Shown here: one piece after another, positions 12,472-25,090 of the stretch
How positions within the stretch are numbered: the first letter of the stretch is position 1
Layout: every line of letters starts with the position of its first letter
Assembly (NCBI GenBank): GCA_049724395.1
Contig: JAUGWO010000015.1
Location: 124,001 to 154,566, forward strand
Direction of reading: 5' to 3'
Length of the DNA stretch: 30,566 nucleotides
From: Spongospora subterranea f. sp. subterranea
Lineage: Eukaryota
Made by a program: the position numbers and the translations under genes
The notes under the pieces: model-generated
What the model saw: the letters and a program-made list of their open reading frames with translations, nothing else
What the model was told of the DNA's origin: nothing
The model's database searches: none

Positions 12472-13429
12472 CTAATCTGTAAACTGTAATAGAAGCCTGG
12501 ATTTAGCCTTCATTTCCTCGAATGATATTACGCGCATCCCACACGCTTTCTCAAGATTCCCCAGAGCTTCTCTGACTTGGACCTGCTTGGTTTTTGCCGT
12601 CTGAACTACAAGGAACTCAGTCAGTCCTGAAGTCAGATGGCCAAAATCTGTGGAGATTTTGTGAAGAGCGCTGGCCTGCATTTGCAGTAAGGCAAGTTCG
12701 CTGACAATCGGAGCGCTCCCTGTGGCACCATCGGCGCTGTTCACTGGGGACCGCCAACGATTCTCTTTGTTCCCCAGCAACGCTGTCGTTGTATAACCTA
12801 GACGACGCATCTGGTTCTGATTCTATTTGTGGCAGAGGCCGATCCTGTCTTGGAGCAACATGTGGAGATGGTTGGGCTGCGTTCGAACACGACGGGTCCT
12901 TCGGTCTTTCGCCGACTCCCGCCGCCGCTGATTTCTTCCCGATCATGGAGTTGGCTTGACTAGTTGCATGGTTCCCCCACATGACCTGCTGCATCAATAT
13001 CGAGGCATTGCTATTCTTGAGTCTTTTCAAAACCAGCTCATTCTGGGCCATTACCTCGTCAACATTGTTGCCATTAGCTTCTGTGTGTTCAATCTCCTTC
13101 AACGCAGCTCGCAGTCGGGACTTCAGATGGTCGTTATCGAAGGAGGCAGCATCAGGGTATAAATCTGTAAAGTCCTGATACACCTAACAAAAATCATTTT
13201 TCAGCTCAATCCTATCTAATACGATAAGGTTTATCAATCATACTTCTTTCCAAACGGACGACGGTATTAACTGAACCACGCTATCCTTCCCTTGTATATA
13301 CTCTGAGTAATGAGCTTTATACGACGTTATCAAAACACTCATATGCGCCTGCGTTAGTAGAGGCCGCGGTTGTCTTCGCCTCTTGGCAGTTGGCGATTTA
13401 TCTGCCTCCACAACGGCAGGTGCCGACAT
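12472..13429 (-). CDS. Hypothetical protein with a possible Myb/SANT-like N-terminal domain; one apparent +1 frameshift
   Basis: Intron 13184-13243 joins ...SSVWKE to VYQDFTDLYP...LKSRLR. ORFs 12617-13183 and 12472-12810 overlap in adjacent frames. The domain call is a weak resemblance and might be transposon-associated. Confidence 0.4.
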
Positions 13430-13998
13430 TGCCTTGCCGAAGCCCAAAGTTGTCGGGACGTGGTTTGGATTGGCACCGCGTGATTGTGTATCGATAATGC
13501 ACCGCAAGTTACGCATATACTTTAAAGGACGCACTTAGCGTATACTCTGTGCGCGCAACAAATTGGGGCACACTCAGGTGTCACATGTTGCCCAGGAGTC
13601 AGCTGATACCGCGAACCTCGTTATTTTGCAGATTTCAGGGACTATCTGACACAGGGCGTTAGGATAGTTAGGACGGCGTCTCCCGCTCTCTATGATCTAT
13701 GTTTATGCCGCTCATATACGACATGATCATCGCGTTTTTGACGCAACACCTGGGATTTCTTTGACGAAGCGGCCATGAACTCGATGCGGAGACATTGACC
13801 GCCTAAACTGAAATTCAGTTGGAAGATTCTCGCCACCTTCGGGGTTCGCGTAAACAAACGAAAGTTTAGCAAGCTGGCATGGAAATTCGTGATGTGAAGA
13901 CGCGCAAACTTCTGAGGCTCTCAAACTCAGACACTTAGCGTAGACCCTGCGATTGATTTTCTAGCTATCTTTACTCTAATATCGTTGTTGAATTAGAC

Positions 13999-16105
13999 TT
14001 ACGGCTCCTGCATATCTGCTGGCTGGATTTTTTCCTGGGATCCTAGAAGTCCAGAGCGCCCTAGCATTATGCTTGGAGACAAATTTCGCAGTATGCTTGG
14101 CCGTAGCGGTACACCGACGTACAAAATTTCAGCCATTTGGGTAGTATCCGCCCCAGCAATCTCGTCGTCTTCGTTGGGTCGCAGATGAAGTCCAGGGATT
14201 TTGTTTATAGCGTAGAGAATTGCAAAACTGACAGCAAATGAATAAATTGCGATGGCGACAGCTCCGCACAACTGGTATGCAAGTTGAATCCTTCATGAGA
14301 TACACAATTAGATTGAAAAGAACGAAAACTACTGGATCTACCAATTCCCATCGATTGCACCACCGTTAATTACGGTTCCGTCAAGCATCGCGACCCAATT
14401 TTTCGGCAAATATTCCCGTCAGAATACTTCCAAGGATGCCGCCAACTCCATGAACACTAAAAGTGTCCAAAGTATCGTCCAGTCCACAGTAGTTTTTAAT
14501 GTGAATAGATGCATAGCAAGCCAGCCCACCAATTATTCCGATTAATATGCTGGCCCAAGGAGCTATTCAACTTAGTTAACATTGTCCGGTTCCGAAACTG
14601 AGTTCAGGGTACTGACCCACAAATCCAGCTCCTGGGGTTATACAGACAAGCCCAGCAATAACACCAGAACAGAAACCGATCCCAGAAACCTTTTTCCTTT
14701 CTATGTAATCTAGCGCCACCCAGGTCATGGACGCTGATGCAGCAGCAATAGTTGTGACCTGACCACAAGACATGAATTGTGACAGAACCGATCTTGTAGG
14801 TCCCTCCTACAGTTGCCGCCATGGCTGCTCGTGGAGTTGCAGCTAGCGCTGATCCCCCATTGAACGCAAACCACCCTGAAACGACAGTCACGAAACAAAA
14901 GGCGTTGAACATTCTGTTGTCTCACCAAACCATAGTAAACCTGTTCCGAGAAAGACATTCGACACTACAATCACGTATCAGTATTCGTAGGAGGATATTT
15001 TCATGTGAGGAGCTAACTGTCGTGTGCTAATGGCGCTTGTGAACTGATCGCGATTTTACCCTTTCCGAGTATCAAGGCGTATGCCAGTCCTGCGAATCCA
15101 GACGTTATATGTACGGGACCTCCTGAAGGTGGAAAGTCAATTTCAATTCCATTGAGAAATGCAGCATCTAATTTCCACAACCTCCTGCAAAGTCATAGCT
15201 TCCGATTCCGCATGGCGTACTCGTTAATGCCGTTGAATCAAGACAGCTAAAGTTATGAAGCCAACCTCTGGCGCTCCACGTCCAATACGCCACTGGGCAG
15301 TATACAATTGTTACCCAAATGAACAGAAACAACATCGACGGTAGAATCCGAAATCGCTCACTCACTGACGAGACGATGAAAATACGACCGAAACAACCCT
15401 TGACGAATAGCTCTTACCAGATCCGAATATCAAAGCCGGAGTAATTGTGGCGAACTTCATTTGATAAGTCGCGAATATAATACCTGAACGAAGACTCATC
15501 GCAGCCTTATTCGGTAATCGTAAGAACAATTTACCTGGGACAGCAGGCGCGGTCAATGATAACGCGCTTGCACCAAAATCTCTCAGACCAGCATAGTCGA
15601 AATTTCCGATAAATGCAGACCCTGACTCCGAAAACGACAGCGAAAATCCAAACAGAACCCACTACAAAGTTTGTCAACAGATGATAAATGTACCTGGAAT
15701 ATGTGTTTAACCTGGACTGTTACGATTGACATTGACAAAAAACAAATCATGATCAAGGTGACAGCATTTTTGGAACGCGACAATCCCGAATAGAATAACC
15801 CCAGCCCTGGCGTCATTAGGAATACCAAAGCTGGAACATGGTGTTAAATTGCAATTCACGAAATGCAAGGCCAAATCAGTCAATCGCAAACATCTACAAA
15901 TCGCCAAATGTTGTGTTCGAACCTGACATTATCAAAAGGAATGATGTACTAGCATATCCCGTCTCCAAAAACATTGGGGTTCCCCCATTTGATGCAGGAT
16001 AAGCCAGCACATTCCCTAAACGACATTGAACTATGTGGATAAGGGAAGCCGATGAAGGATATGGGTACCTGCAGCAACTAGTGCTGGAGGTTGGGCAGTG
16101 CTCAT
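13999..16105 (-). CDS. Ammonium transporter (Amt/Mep), tandem copy 1; apparent +1 frameshift near 14397
   Basis: LVFLMTPGLGLFYSG, YQMKFATITPALIFGSVSER, VYCPVAYWTW, YDFAGG, FLGTGLLWFGWFAFNGGS, GLVCITPGAGFV, DDTLDTFSVHGVGG. Multiple short GT-AG introns. Confidence 0.93.
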
Positions 16106-16867
16106 CGGATGGCTTTGGTGTGTTCTGCTGGGCTTGTGAGGACAAGAAACCTATTGATAAATGTGGTTTGGTCAGATATCTGCACTCTGGATGGGCAATT
16201 TATTTATTTATTTTGAGCTGTGACTGATGAAGGTAACGTTCATGGCGGCGAACATGTGGGGTGAGTGAGCCGCAACAGGAAACCGAAACGGACGAGGCCG
16301 CCGTTCGACAGTCAATTGAATACGACATTGTCAACCAAACTAGAGATGCCAGAGAGCTCTACTGTAATGGTTCCTTCGTTTTGATCGATAAAGTTTCAAA
16401 CGCCGGGTGGACAATCAAACTCGGATCGCTTCCAGAAGTTTTCCACGCACTCGTCTAGATGGGATTGGCTCCGAACTTAGATGAGTGAAATAGGTAAAAA
16501 TGTTTAGTTAGAGCGAAAATTCCAACATCATGCTATTACTCTAAATCGATCCGATTGCTTGACTTCCATCCGATTGTTGCTCATTGTTCACCGTTGGGGT
16601 GAAACAATGGAAAATGAGCCCCATGCGGCTGAAGACGTAAAACAGCAATATTTGCGCTGGCAGTCTTCTTAGTTTACCTACAACACGTTCGTGTGCTATT
16701 CGTGAACCAAACTTTCTTTCAACCTTCAATCCAGTCAAAGGAGGTCACATCGGTTATGGAATGGATTTGTATTTGTTGCGATGTATAGAGACGAATTACC
16801 CTTCTCGTTCGCAATTCAACCAAAACAGATTACGGGGATGATATGCGACACCTCAAATTTAAATGGA

Positions 16868-18969
16868 TTATATGGGGATACGGACGTTCTCTAGGACAGG
16901 TAACTCGGATTTCTCTTGGGATCCTGGACGAAAGCTTGAAGAGCCAACCGGGACAGTGACATATAAAATTTCAGCCATTTGCGTAATGTCTGCCCCTGCA
17001 AACTCGTCAGCTTCGTTTGGGCGCAGATGGAAGCGAGGAATCTTGTTTATAGTATAGAGAATTGCAAAACTGACACCAAATGAATAGATCGCGATAGCAG
17101 TCGATCCGCATAATTGGAATGCAAGTTGAATCCTGCGACAGAAATTAGAATAACGAGGATGGCAACTACTGGGTTTACCAATTTCCATTGATTGCGCCGC
17201 CGCTAATCACAGTTCCGTCAAGCATCGCGACCCATTTTTCGGCAAAGATTCCAGTCAGAATACTTCCAAGAATTCCGCCAACTCCATGGACGCTAAACGT
17301 GTCTAAAGTATCGTCCATCCCGCAGTAGTTCTTGATGTGAACAGATGCATAGCAAGACAGCCCACCAATGATTCCAAAAACAATGCTGGCCCAAGGTGCT
17401 ATCCAAGCTAGTTAGGATTGATGGTTGTCGAAGCTAAGTTTGATTTCAGAGTACTGACCCACAAATCCAGATCCTGGGGTTATACAGACAAGACCGGCAA
17501 TAACTCCAGAGCAAAACCCGATTCCAGAAACTTTTTTTCTTCTAACATACTCTATCGCCACCCATGTCATAGACGCTGATGCAGCTGAAACAGTTGTGAC
17601 CTGTCTCCACAGGACATGAATGTGACAGACCGATCATGTAATTTCTCCTACAATTGCCGCCATAGCTGCTCGAGGAGTCGCAGCTAATGCTGATCCCCCA
17701 TTGAACGCGAACCACCCTGAAACGAAGGTCACCTTTGGGTGTAGACTGTTTCTCTGTCTCACCAAACCATAGTAAACCAGTTCCGAGAAAGACATTGGAC
17801 ACTACAAACTTATCAGTAATCTAGGCGAGGCTTTTCATGAGAGGAGCTAACTGTCATGGGCTAAAGGCGCTTGCGCACTAGCTGGAACTTTACCCTTTCC
17901 AAGTATTATGATGTATGCCAGTCCTGCAAACCCAGACGTTATATGTACGGGACCTCCTAGTAAAAACCAGTTTCAAATCGGTTGTACAATTCAACAGCTG
18001 ATTCGTCCAACCTCCTGCGAAGTCATAGCTTCCGATTCCGCATGGCGTACTCGTTATTACTGTTGACTGAAGACAGCTAAGGTTACGTAGCCAACCTCTG
18101 GCGCTCCACGTCCAATACGCCACTGGGCAATATACAATTGTTACCCAAATGGGCAAAAACAGCATTGAGGGCAGAATTCGAAATCGCTCACTCACTGACG
18201 AGACAATCATCTATACCGGTCCCGAAACAACGGTCAATAGCTCTTACCAGATCCGAATATCAACGCCGGAGTAATTGAGGCAAACTTCATTTGATAAGTC
18301 GCGAAAATGATACCTGAACGAAGACACATCACAACATTACAGATTATTCGCAAATTGCAGTAGAAGATTACGTGGGACAGCAGGCGCGGTCAATGATAAC
18401 GCGCTTGCACCAAAATGGGTGAGCCCGGCATAGTCAAAATTTCCTATAAATGCAGACCCCGACTCTGAAAATGCTAATGAAAATCCAAACAGGACCCACT
18501 ACAACAGTTGATCAACAGATGTCTCATGTACTGAGAATATGTGTTTAACCTGGACTGTTACGATTGACATTGACAAAAAACAAACCATAATCAAGGTGAC
18601 CGCATTTTTAGAACGCGACAATCCCGAGTAGAATAATCCGAGCCCTGGCGTCATCAAAAACACCAAAGCTGGAACATAGTGTTAGATTGCTTTCGAAAAA
18701 TTCACGGAATATTCGACGAAAACCATTCATTATCAAATCAACCGCAAACATCTTTAAACGCCAGATTTTGTTCTCTAGTTCTCTAACCTGACATTATTAA
18801 AAGGAATGCTGTACTAGCATATCCTGTCTCCAAGAACATTGGGGTTCCTCCATTTGTTGCGGGATAGGCCAGCACATTCCCTAGAAGAATTGACTTTTTC
18901 AATCTTTAAAGCGTTGCTGCAGGAGATCGTACCTGCGGCAACCAATTGTTGAGGTTGGGAAGTCGACAT
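16868..18969 (-). CDS. Ammonium transporter (Amt/Mep), tandem copy 2
   Basis: Same motifs and intron positions as copy 1; exons highly similar, introns more diverged. No frameshift noticed in the segments compared with copy 1. Confidence 0.94.
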
Positions 18970-19550
18970 ACGATGTTTTGGGTTCTTTCCCCTGATTTCT
19001 GAAAACAATCCTATAAGATAAAACAAAATGAGATCGAAAGAGGATCCAGTGACACCAAATATGAGGTCGGGATGTAACGGAACACATGTAACGTTCAGGG
19101 TCGAGAGTTGTGCAGGGCATTGATACACAGAGTCATGTGCGATCCCACAGAGCCCAAACAGTCGAGAACTCTGTAACAATAACCCTTCAAGTAACGTGCA
19201 CATATATAGTCAAGAGATGAAGGAGAGAACAACGAGGCGGAGCAGCCACTGGAGTATTTATTCGGTTCAAGTGTCGTTATCTCGACGAATCGTAGTTTCC
19301 GAAACTTCATCGTCCATAGACTCCTTCAGATACCGTCGTCTCAAATTCGACAGCAGATGTGGAAAGCAAACGAGTTAACGAGAATCATGGTTGGATGGGA
19401 TTCCACTGGCAACCCCCAGACCGTCAACACGCCCGATGTCAGAACCCTAATTTGGGCAATTGCTGCGGATAATTACTGCAGCTGCATTCATCGACTGCAA
19501 CAGGCCCATAAGCAGCTTCTCGTTCTGGTTTATCACCAGCGCTGTTAGCC

Positions 19551-21602
19551 ATGTTCCGCTCCTGTTTTCGACGATGGGGTAGTTTCTCAGCATTGGGCGT
19601 TCAAGATTGCCTTGTTAATGCGCTGAAAACCGCCGGCGTTGAGCAGCCGAGCTGGATACAGACTGCATCTATTTCTCGAATACTTCAGGGACAAAACGTT
19701 CTGATTGCGGATCAAACGGGGACAGGTAGTATAATTGCCGTTTTCCCTTATATATATATCTTTGATTATCTGCAGGAAAGACGCTCGCTTATCTAGTGCC
19801 TGTTGTGCAATCGATCAAGATGATGGAACAGGAGACAGGTGCCATCCACTTGTCTGATTGTTGAAATGATATTGATGCACACTCACTGCAGGTTTGTTAG
19901 CGAGCACAGGCCGTCCGCGTGCGCTGATCGTAGCACCATCCCGAGAACTAGCCGTTCAAATCGCGGATATTGTAAAAATGTTATCCCATCATGTAAAGCT
20001 GTCTTCGTGCCTGTTGACAGGCGGTGCAAAAATGGGTCAACAAAAACGGCTGTTGGAATTGCCTATGGACCTAATTGTAACAACTCCTGGACGTATGCGC
20101 CAACAAGTGGAAAATGGCTCGTGTCGACTTCGTGACTTGAAAATTGTTGTTATTGACGAGGCGGATACACTATTAGATGATAAATGTGGGTTTAAAGATG
20201 ACCTCAATGTTCTTCTTGGAAAAAAAGCCAAAATTCAATCACCGCCACAATTTGTACTAGTGAGCGCGTCAATGCCGAAGCAACTTGTATCTCAACTGAA
20301 ATCAAATTTCCACGATCTTCAACTCGTTGCATCACCCAAACTTCACAATATTCCTGAATCTATGAAGGTTTGTACATGAGTTATGCAATTTGTTTGATGT
20401 GTTGCCCATAGTTAAAATCATAGGTTGAATTCATTGACATTGGAGCCCGCGATAAACAGCAAGAATTGATATCAATCATATCATCACTCAAGCCCCTAAG
20501 TGGCCGTGTCCTTGTTTTTTGCAACACAACCGACAGCTGCCGTTCCCTTGATCATGCTCTTCGCGATTCCGGATTCGATGATGTGATAACGTCGATCCAT
20601 AGCTCAATTCTTCCCAAGACACGCGCTGCAAATTTTAGCGATTTCACCAGTGGCCGTAAACCGGTTCTTGTCACCACTGATATCGCTTGTCGAGGATTAG
20701 ATTTACCATCTTCCACATCTGTTATTATATTTGACTTTCCTTTGAACGCAACCGAATTCATCCATCGTGCCGGCAGGACCGCAAGGTCTGGAAGGCATGG
20801 GGCTGTGACTGCATTAGTCACTAAACGAGATCGCGTATTAGCGAAGGCGATCGAAGAAGCAATTAGCAACGGCTGTCCTGTCAATTCTCTTAGCTCATCA
20901 AAACCACGCCCCTTGGACAAACGAGAACAGCGTTATCCCCCCAAATTCCGATCCAGTTCAAGTACATCGCATCGAGTAAGGCCCAAGATACCAATTTTCC
21001 ATGGCAAAGCACAGAACCGGATTACGAATCCAATTCGCAAAATAAACAAGAACGCGCATGGTAGCGATAGCAAGCGAACGTCAAGCAAGCTTGAAAGAAA
21101 TTCTAGAAGAAAGTCGCTTCTTGGTGGTCACCGTCCAAGTTTCGACAGAGCAGGTTATGGGAATGGCAATGAGCCAGCGTCAAAAAAATGGAATTCGACA
21201 AAAAAATCGGCCCCTTACGTTTATTCTCGCGTATCGCGCAATGCTTCAAAACCGAAGTGGAACTCAAGGAGCTCCCGTGACGTCGTGAAACAAGGCTCAT
21301 CGTCGCTGTTGAATGCCAAACGATCGCCTATGATGAGCAGGGTTTCTTCCGTAAAACGAAAAGGACAAAAACCGGCATTAGCCTCTTCCAAAAACATCAA
21401 AACTACTAAGGGATCACAAGAACATGTTCGCGTCGCAAAAAGGTCCGTTGGAGGAAAACATTATAGAAAAGAGGCGCGAAGTCGGGATCGCAGGCAGGAG
21501 ATTTCCCGATTGTCGCCCAAAAAAAAAGCTTCAGGTTCGAAGTTTAATATCGCTCATATCTATAAGTTAATGATGCAAGATAGAGATTTTGTCATTAACT
21601 AA
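19551..21602 (+). CDS. DEAD-box RNA helicase with a long basic C-terminal tail
   Basis: Q-motif (PSWIQ), motif I DQTGTGKT across an intron, APSRELAVQI, TPGR, DEAD, SAS (motif III variant), TDIACRGLD, HRAGRTAR. The K/R/S-rich tail runs to the stop at 21602. Confidence 0.93.
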
Positions 21603-21690
21603 ATGCTAAGCAATTACATGAAATTCACGACTTGGCTCATTTATCATAGACATCGATTTCGATATGTACTACTGTTTCGGAACCTGTTGA

Positions 21691-22775
21691 TTATATAGCG
21701 AAGACAATATCTTGGTTTCGTTGACCATATCCAAAGTAGGCAGATGTTTCCAGTTTAGGTAGTCCAATGCTTGCGCGTGCTTCGAACCCTGATTGATCCG
21801 GTCAATGAAGTCGTGTTCCCTTGCGAACAATGGTGAGTGTTTGGTGTTTACCAGGCCATAGTAAATTACGAAGGGTGACAGATGCAGCGCCTGAATCGAC
21901 AGGAACGATCGCCCAGGCACCTTGAGGAAGATCCTGGGATATATGGTCCAGAGTCGCCTTGTTGCTGTGTCTATCGGCGCGTTTCGCCATACTCTACTCA
22001 ATGTTTGAGCCTCTGACAAAGTCATCTCACCAGAATATCGCAACCGACCAAGAGATTGTCAGCGTCGGTCGGCTGGCGCAGGTGCTGATAGCTATTGAGG
22101 GTCTCTGAGTTGCGAAGGAGACGATAGCCCAGAGAAATTTGGGCTGGGGATCAGGTCGTGAGCCGCATTGCAGATATAGGATCCAGAAAATACGATATGA
22201 GTTTGATGATCAATACATTGAACAGTCCACGCCAATCGTTCTAATTCCGATAGCTGTCGGGGGGCTGATTCGACGGCCTCTGCCTCGCCTGCTTCTTCCT
22301 AGAATAACGCCATAATCAACACAAACCAGATCGTGATGTACCTAGAAACTTTATACAAACCTTGCCCTCCTCTGTTGGTTTAGCCGGTCTGAATTCCTTC
22401 AGCAATGCGCTAGGGTCGCCAATAAAAGCGCCATGATACTTACCCGCCTTCTCTGCAACCCAAGCATCAACGTTTGGAAGAATGGAATAGCTCAGTCCAC
22501 GGTCGATGCTAAAATAGAATCTCTTTGTCACTTCGGTGTTCAGATTAACAGAGCGAGCAATCAGGTAGTCGTTTTTCTGGCCAAATATTTTCCCCTGTTA
22601 GGTCCATTTGAGAAGTTGAGGGGCTATTTGGAGTCGAAGCGGTTACCCAGAACGATAAACTACCGAATGGGTCTTCTAACGCTAATCGCGACATTGATGC
22701 TCGGGAAGCCAACTTCTCTTCTGGGGTTAAGCACCGCCCAAGGCAATGCTGATTTAGCTCATCGTATAGCCCCAT
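21691..22775 (-). CDS. RSPH9: Radial spoke head protein 9 homolog; apparent +1 frameshift near 22118-22125
   Basis: Spliced FWGKIFGQKNDYLIA...FIGDPS...ELERLAWTVQCID...NFSGLS/LRNSETLNSYQHLR...DLPQGAW...LRNLLWPG...YFGYGQRNQDIVF, matching the RSPH9 family pattern. Confidence 0.88.
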
Positions 22776-22879
22776 CGTGATGAATCTAAAAGCGGCTTGA
22801 TAAATAGATCGATCGGTGTACGTGGGGTATTCTAAGTAATATTCTAAATTTATTCTCCAATTTCCCCTAATGGTTTGAT

Positions 22880-22921
22880 CCTATGTTGAATAAAAAATGC
22901 CCTATGTTGAATAAAAAATGC
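22880..22921. repeat. Perfect 21-bp tandem duplication
   Basis: cctatgttgaataaaaaatgc occurs twice, at 22880-22900 and 22901-22921. Confidence 0.9.
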
Positions 22922-23449
22922 TCAAATCGTTATTACTTGCTTTTGTATTGTTCATTTTTTTGAAAGAACTATGTCCCATGATGAACTGTCTTCCGATACT
23001 GTATTAAGATTGATCAATGGGTGTGTCAAGGCCTTTTATATTTTAAATATCCTTGCACATCTAATCCGTTTGTATCGCTTTCACATTTGCGTCCTCACAA
23101 GGTAGCATTCGCTTGTAGTTGGCTAATTAGCCGCTGCCAAACTTCCGAACTGTGTTGCCCAAGTCAGGTGTCAGTCTTCACCTGCAGAACGCTACGTCAA
23201 GAATTTTGTCTAGGCATGATCAGAGAAATCCTTTCTGAAGTCAGAACGATGTCGTCTATTAAATGTGAGACTATCGTTGCTTCACTAGCCATTACCGTTG
23301 GTGGAGGAACACAAAATGAACGCTTGCACCTTTTTCTTTGACGATCATGCATGACATCTCGGTTAACTTCGCAACGAAACGCATTCATAGAGCCGAAAAC
23401 AAAGAAAAGAATCGCAGATCGAGCCATCATACAACTAACTCGAGCTGAC

Positions 23450-23574
23450 CTTACTAAACGATTCGTCAGGCCACCAAACAACAATCAAGTAAGGCAAAAA
23501 ATGTAGCAAGCCCCCTTTAGCATTTTTTTTATTTCATGATTGTTGTTTGATGGCCTGACAAATCGTTTAGTAAG
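23450..23574. mobile_element. Small inverted-repeat element (MITE-like, possibly piggyBac-type)
   Basis: 23450-23487 and 23537-23574 are 38-bp inverted repeats with 2 mismatches. TTAA follows the right end (23577-23580); the left flank is degenerate. Confidence 0.6.
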
Positions 23575-23664
23575 AGTTAATACAGAATTCTCAAGACTCA
23601 GACAAGATTTCAAAGACCCTCGTCAGGCTGTGCATGATGTCAAAAACTGTTGAAACCCTAGTGC

Positions 23665-25090
23665 GATCAAGTAGCGTCATATTTGAAGAGGCAGTCGATA
23701 GAAATGGATGTTTCGACCAATAACAGTCTCCTGGAGAATTTGTCAATATTTCGTAAGTCACATAGTGCCATTAGAAACAGTATCTTGAGCTGTTTGCTGC
23801 GTGTGCTGCTCATCCGATCAACCTCATCGCTGTCGGTGCCTTTTAGCCAGTTGTTGACGATTCCAATATAATGTTGTCGACGTTTGGTCGTTCCGTCTAT
23901 CAATTCGTTGCTTCAAATCTCCCTTCGCCATCATGTCGCCATCTACAACGGCTTTCTCCTAAGACAATCGGTGGGTCTGCGTTTTCAAAACTACCAGGAT
24001 CTTACGCTGAAAAATTTAGGCCTGCCAATCATCGCCTCGACAACAGCGGCAGTTGTTGCCCGTGGATCAAGCATTTTTGCGATCGTTATTTCAATCATTT
24101 TTTAGGTGACGGGAACCTATTGCTTGGCAGCGATAAGATTGCGGCAACTTTATCTATGGATGCAACTAAAGTGGCACCAGCATTCCTATTATCGCCCCGC
24201 CATTGGCCGCGTTCCCCCTGAGCACATCATTCCTCTCACCGGCCCAGATACCCCTGACTCCTGCGACTGCATCTTCTGTTGACCTCGCTGTAGAGATCAA
24301 GGTAAATCATGTAGCAGGTCATTGGGGTTCATTTAATTTCTTGTACAACAGTGCGCTGTACTCTCAGTACAAGGAACAGGTGTAGAAATCAGTTGAATTC
24401 AACAACAGCGTTCTGAAATCAGTTCTTGACTCGCCGGGGATGACGTTGGCACTGATTTCGTACGGCGGTCAATTTTGTGTAAGCATCACGACGACATCTT
24501 GCTGCCATTCTCATTGGGGAATGATACAGTACGATTTCCTTGACGGCAAAAGCAGCTGTGGCTCTACGATTTATGCCAATCACGCTGCCGGAAGGAGTTC
24601 AAGGGGCGCCTGCATCTTTGGTGGTGTCTTGAAGACTGTTGGGCCAATCCGGGCATTTTTTACAAGCAGGTGTCGCGCGAGAGCTTGTCGAGGTATCCGA
24701 TTTCGCATCGGATTCCCTTGTTCTTCATCTGTGCTCAAGCCATACCGCACGCAAGGTTGAAGATTCTTGCTCTTCGATCAGTCCGTTTACTGTGATTACC
24801 ACAGGATACCAACGCCGCGTCCTAGTGCTCACCATATTTTTCATTCGCGTGATGCTCATGGCGACCAACGTCGATGACTTAGATCGAAGAGAACGTATCG
24901 CCATGGAGTGGTCCGGCCTGCTATGGTTCTCGTCAATGCGACTTCACATGACGTCATTGCGGAATTTGGCCCATCATGTCTTCGGATCGATATTCGTTTT
25001 CGCTAGATCCAATGTTATCATTTCCTCGCGATTGTACAGAAGAAGCCTGCGAACGCATTTTCGGCATCATTCGCCAGTGTAATCGCGAGA
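23665..25090 (+). pseudogene. P-element-like transposase relic
   Basis: Fragments in several frames: SVYQFVASNLPSPSCRHLQRL, ATLSMDATKV, and TEEACERIFGIIRQCNRE (25036-25089), which resembles the conserved P/THAP9 'E..FG..RQ' motif. Many stops and frameshifts. Confidence 0.55.

Noticed and set aside
16261..16458. 65-aa ORF between the AMT copies
   Set aside because: GTG start, short, no motif.
21669..22043. 124-aa minus-strand ORF as a separate gene
   Set aside because: It is an alternative frame over RSPH9 exons and introns.
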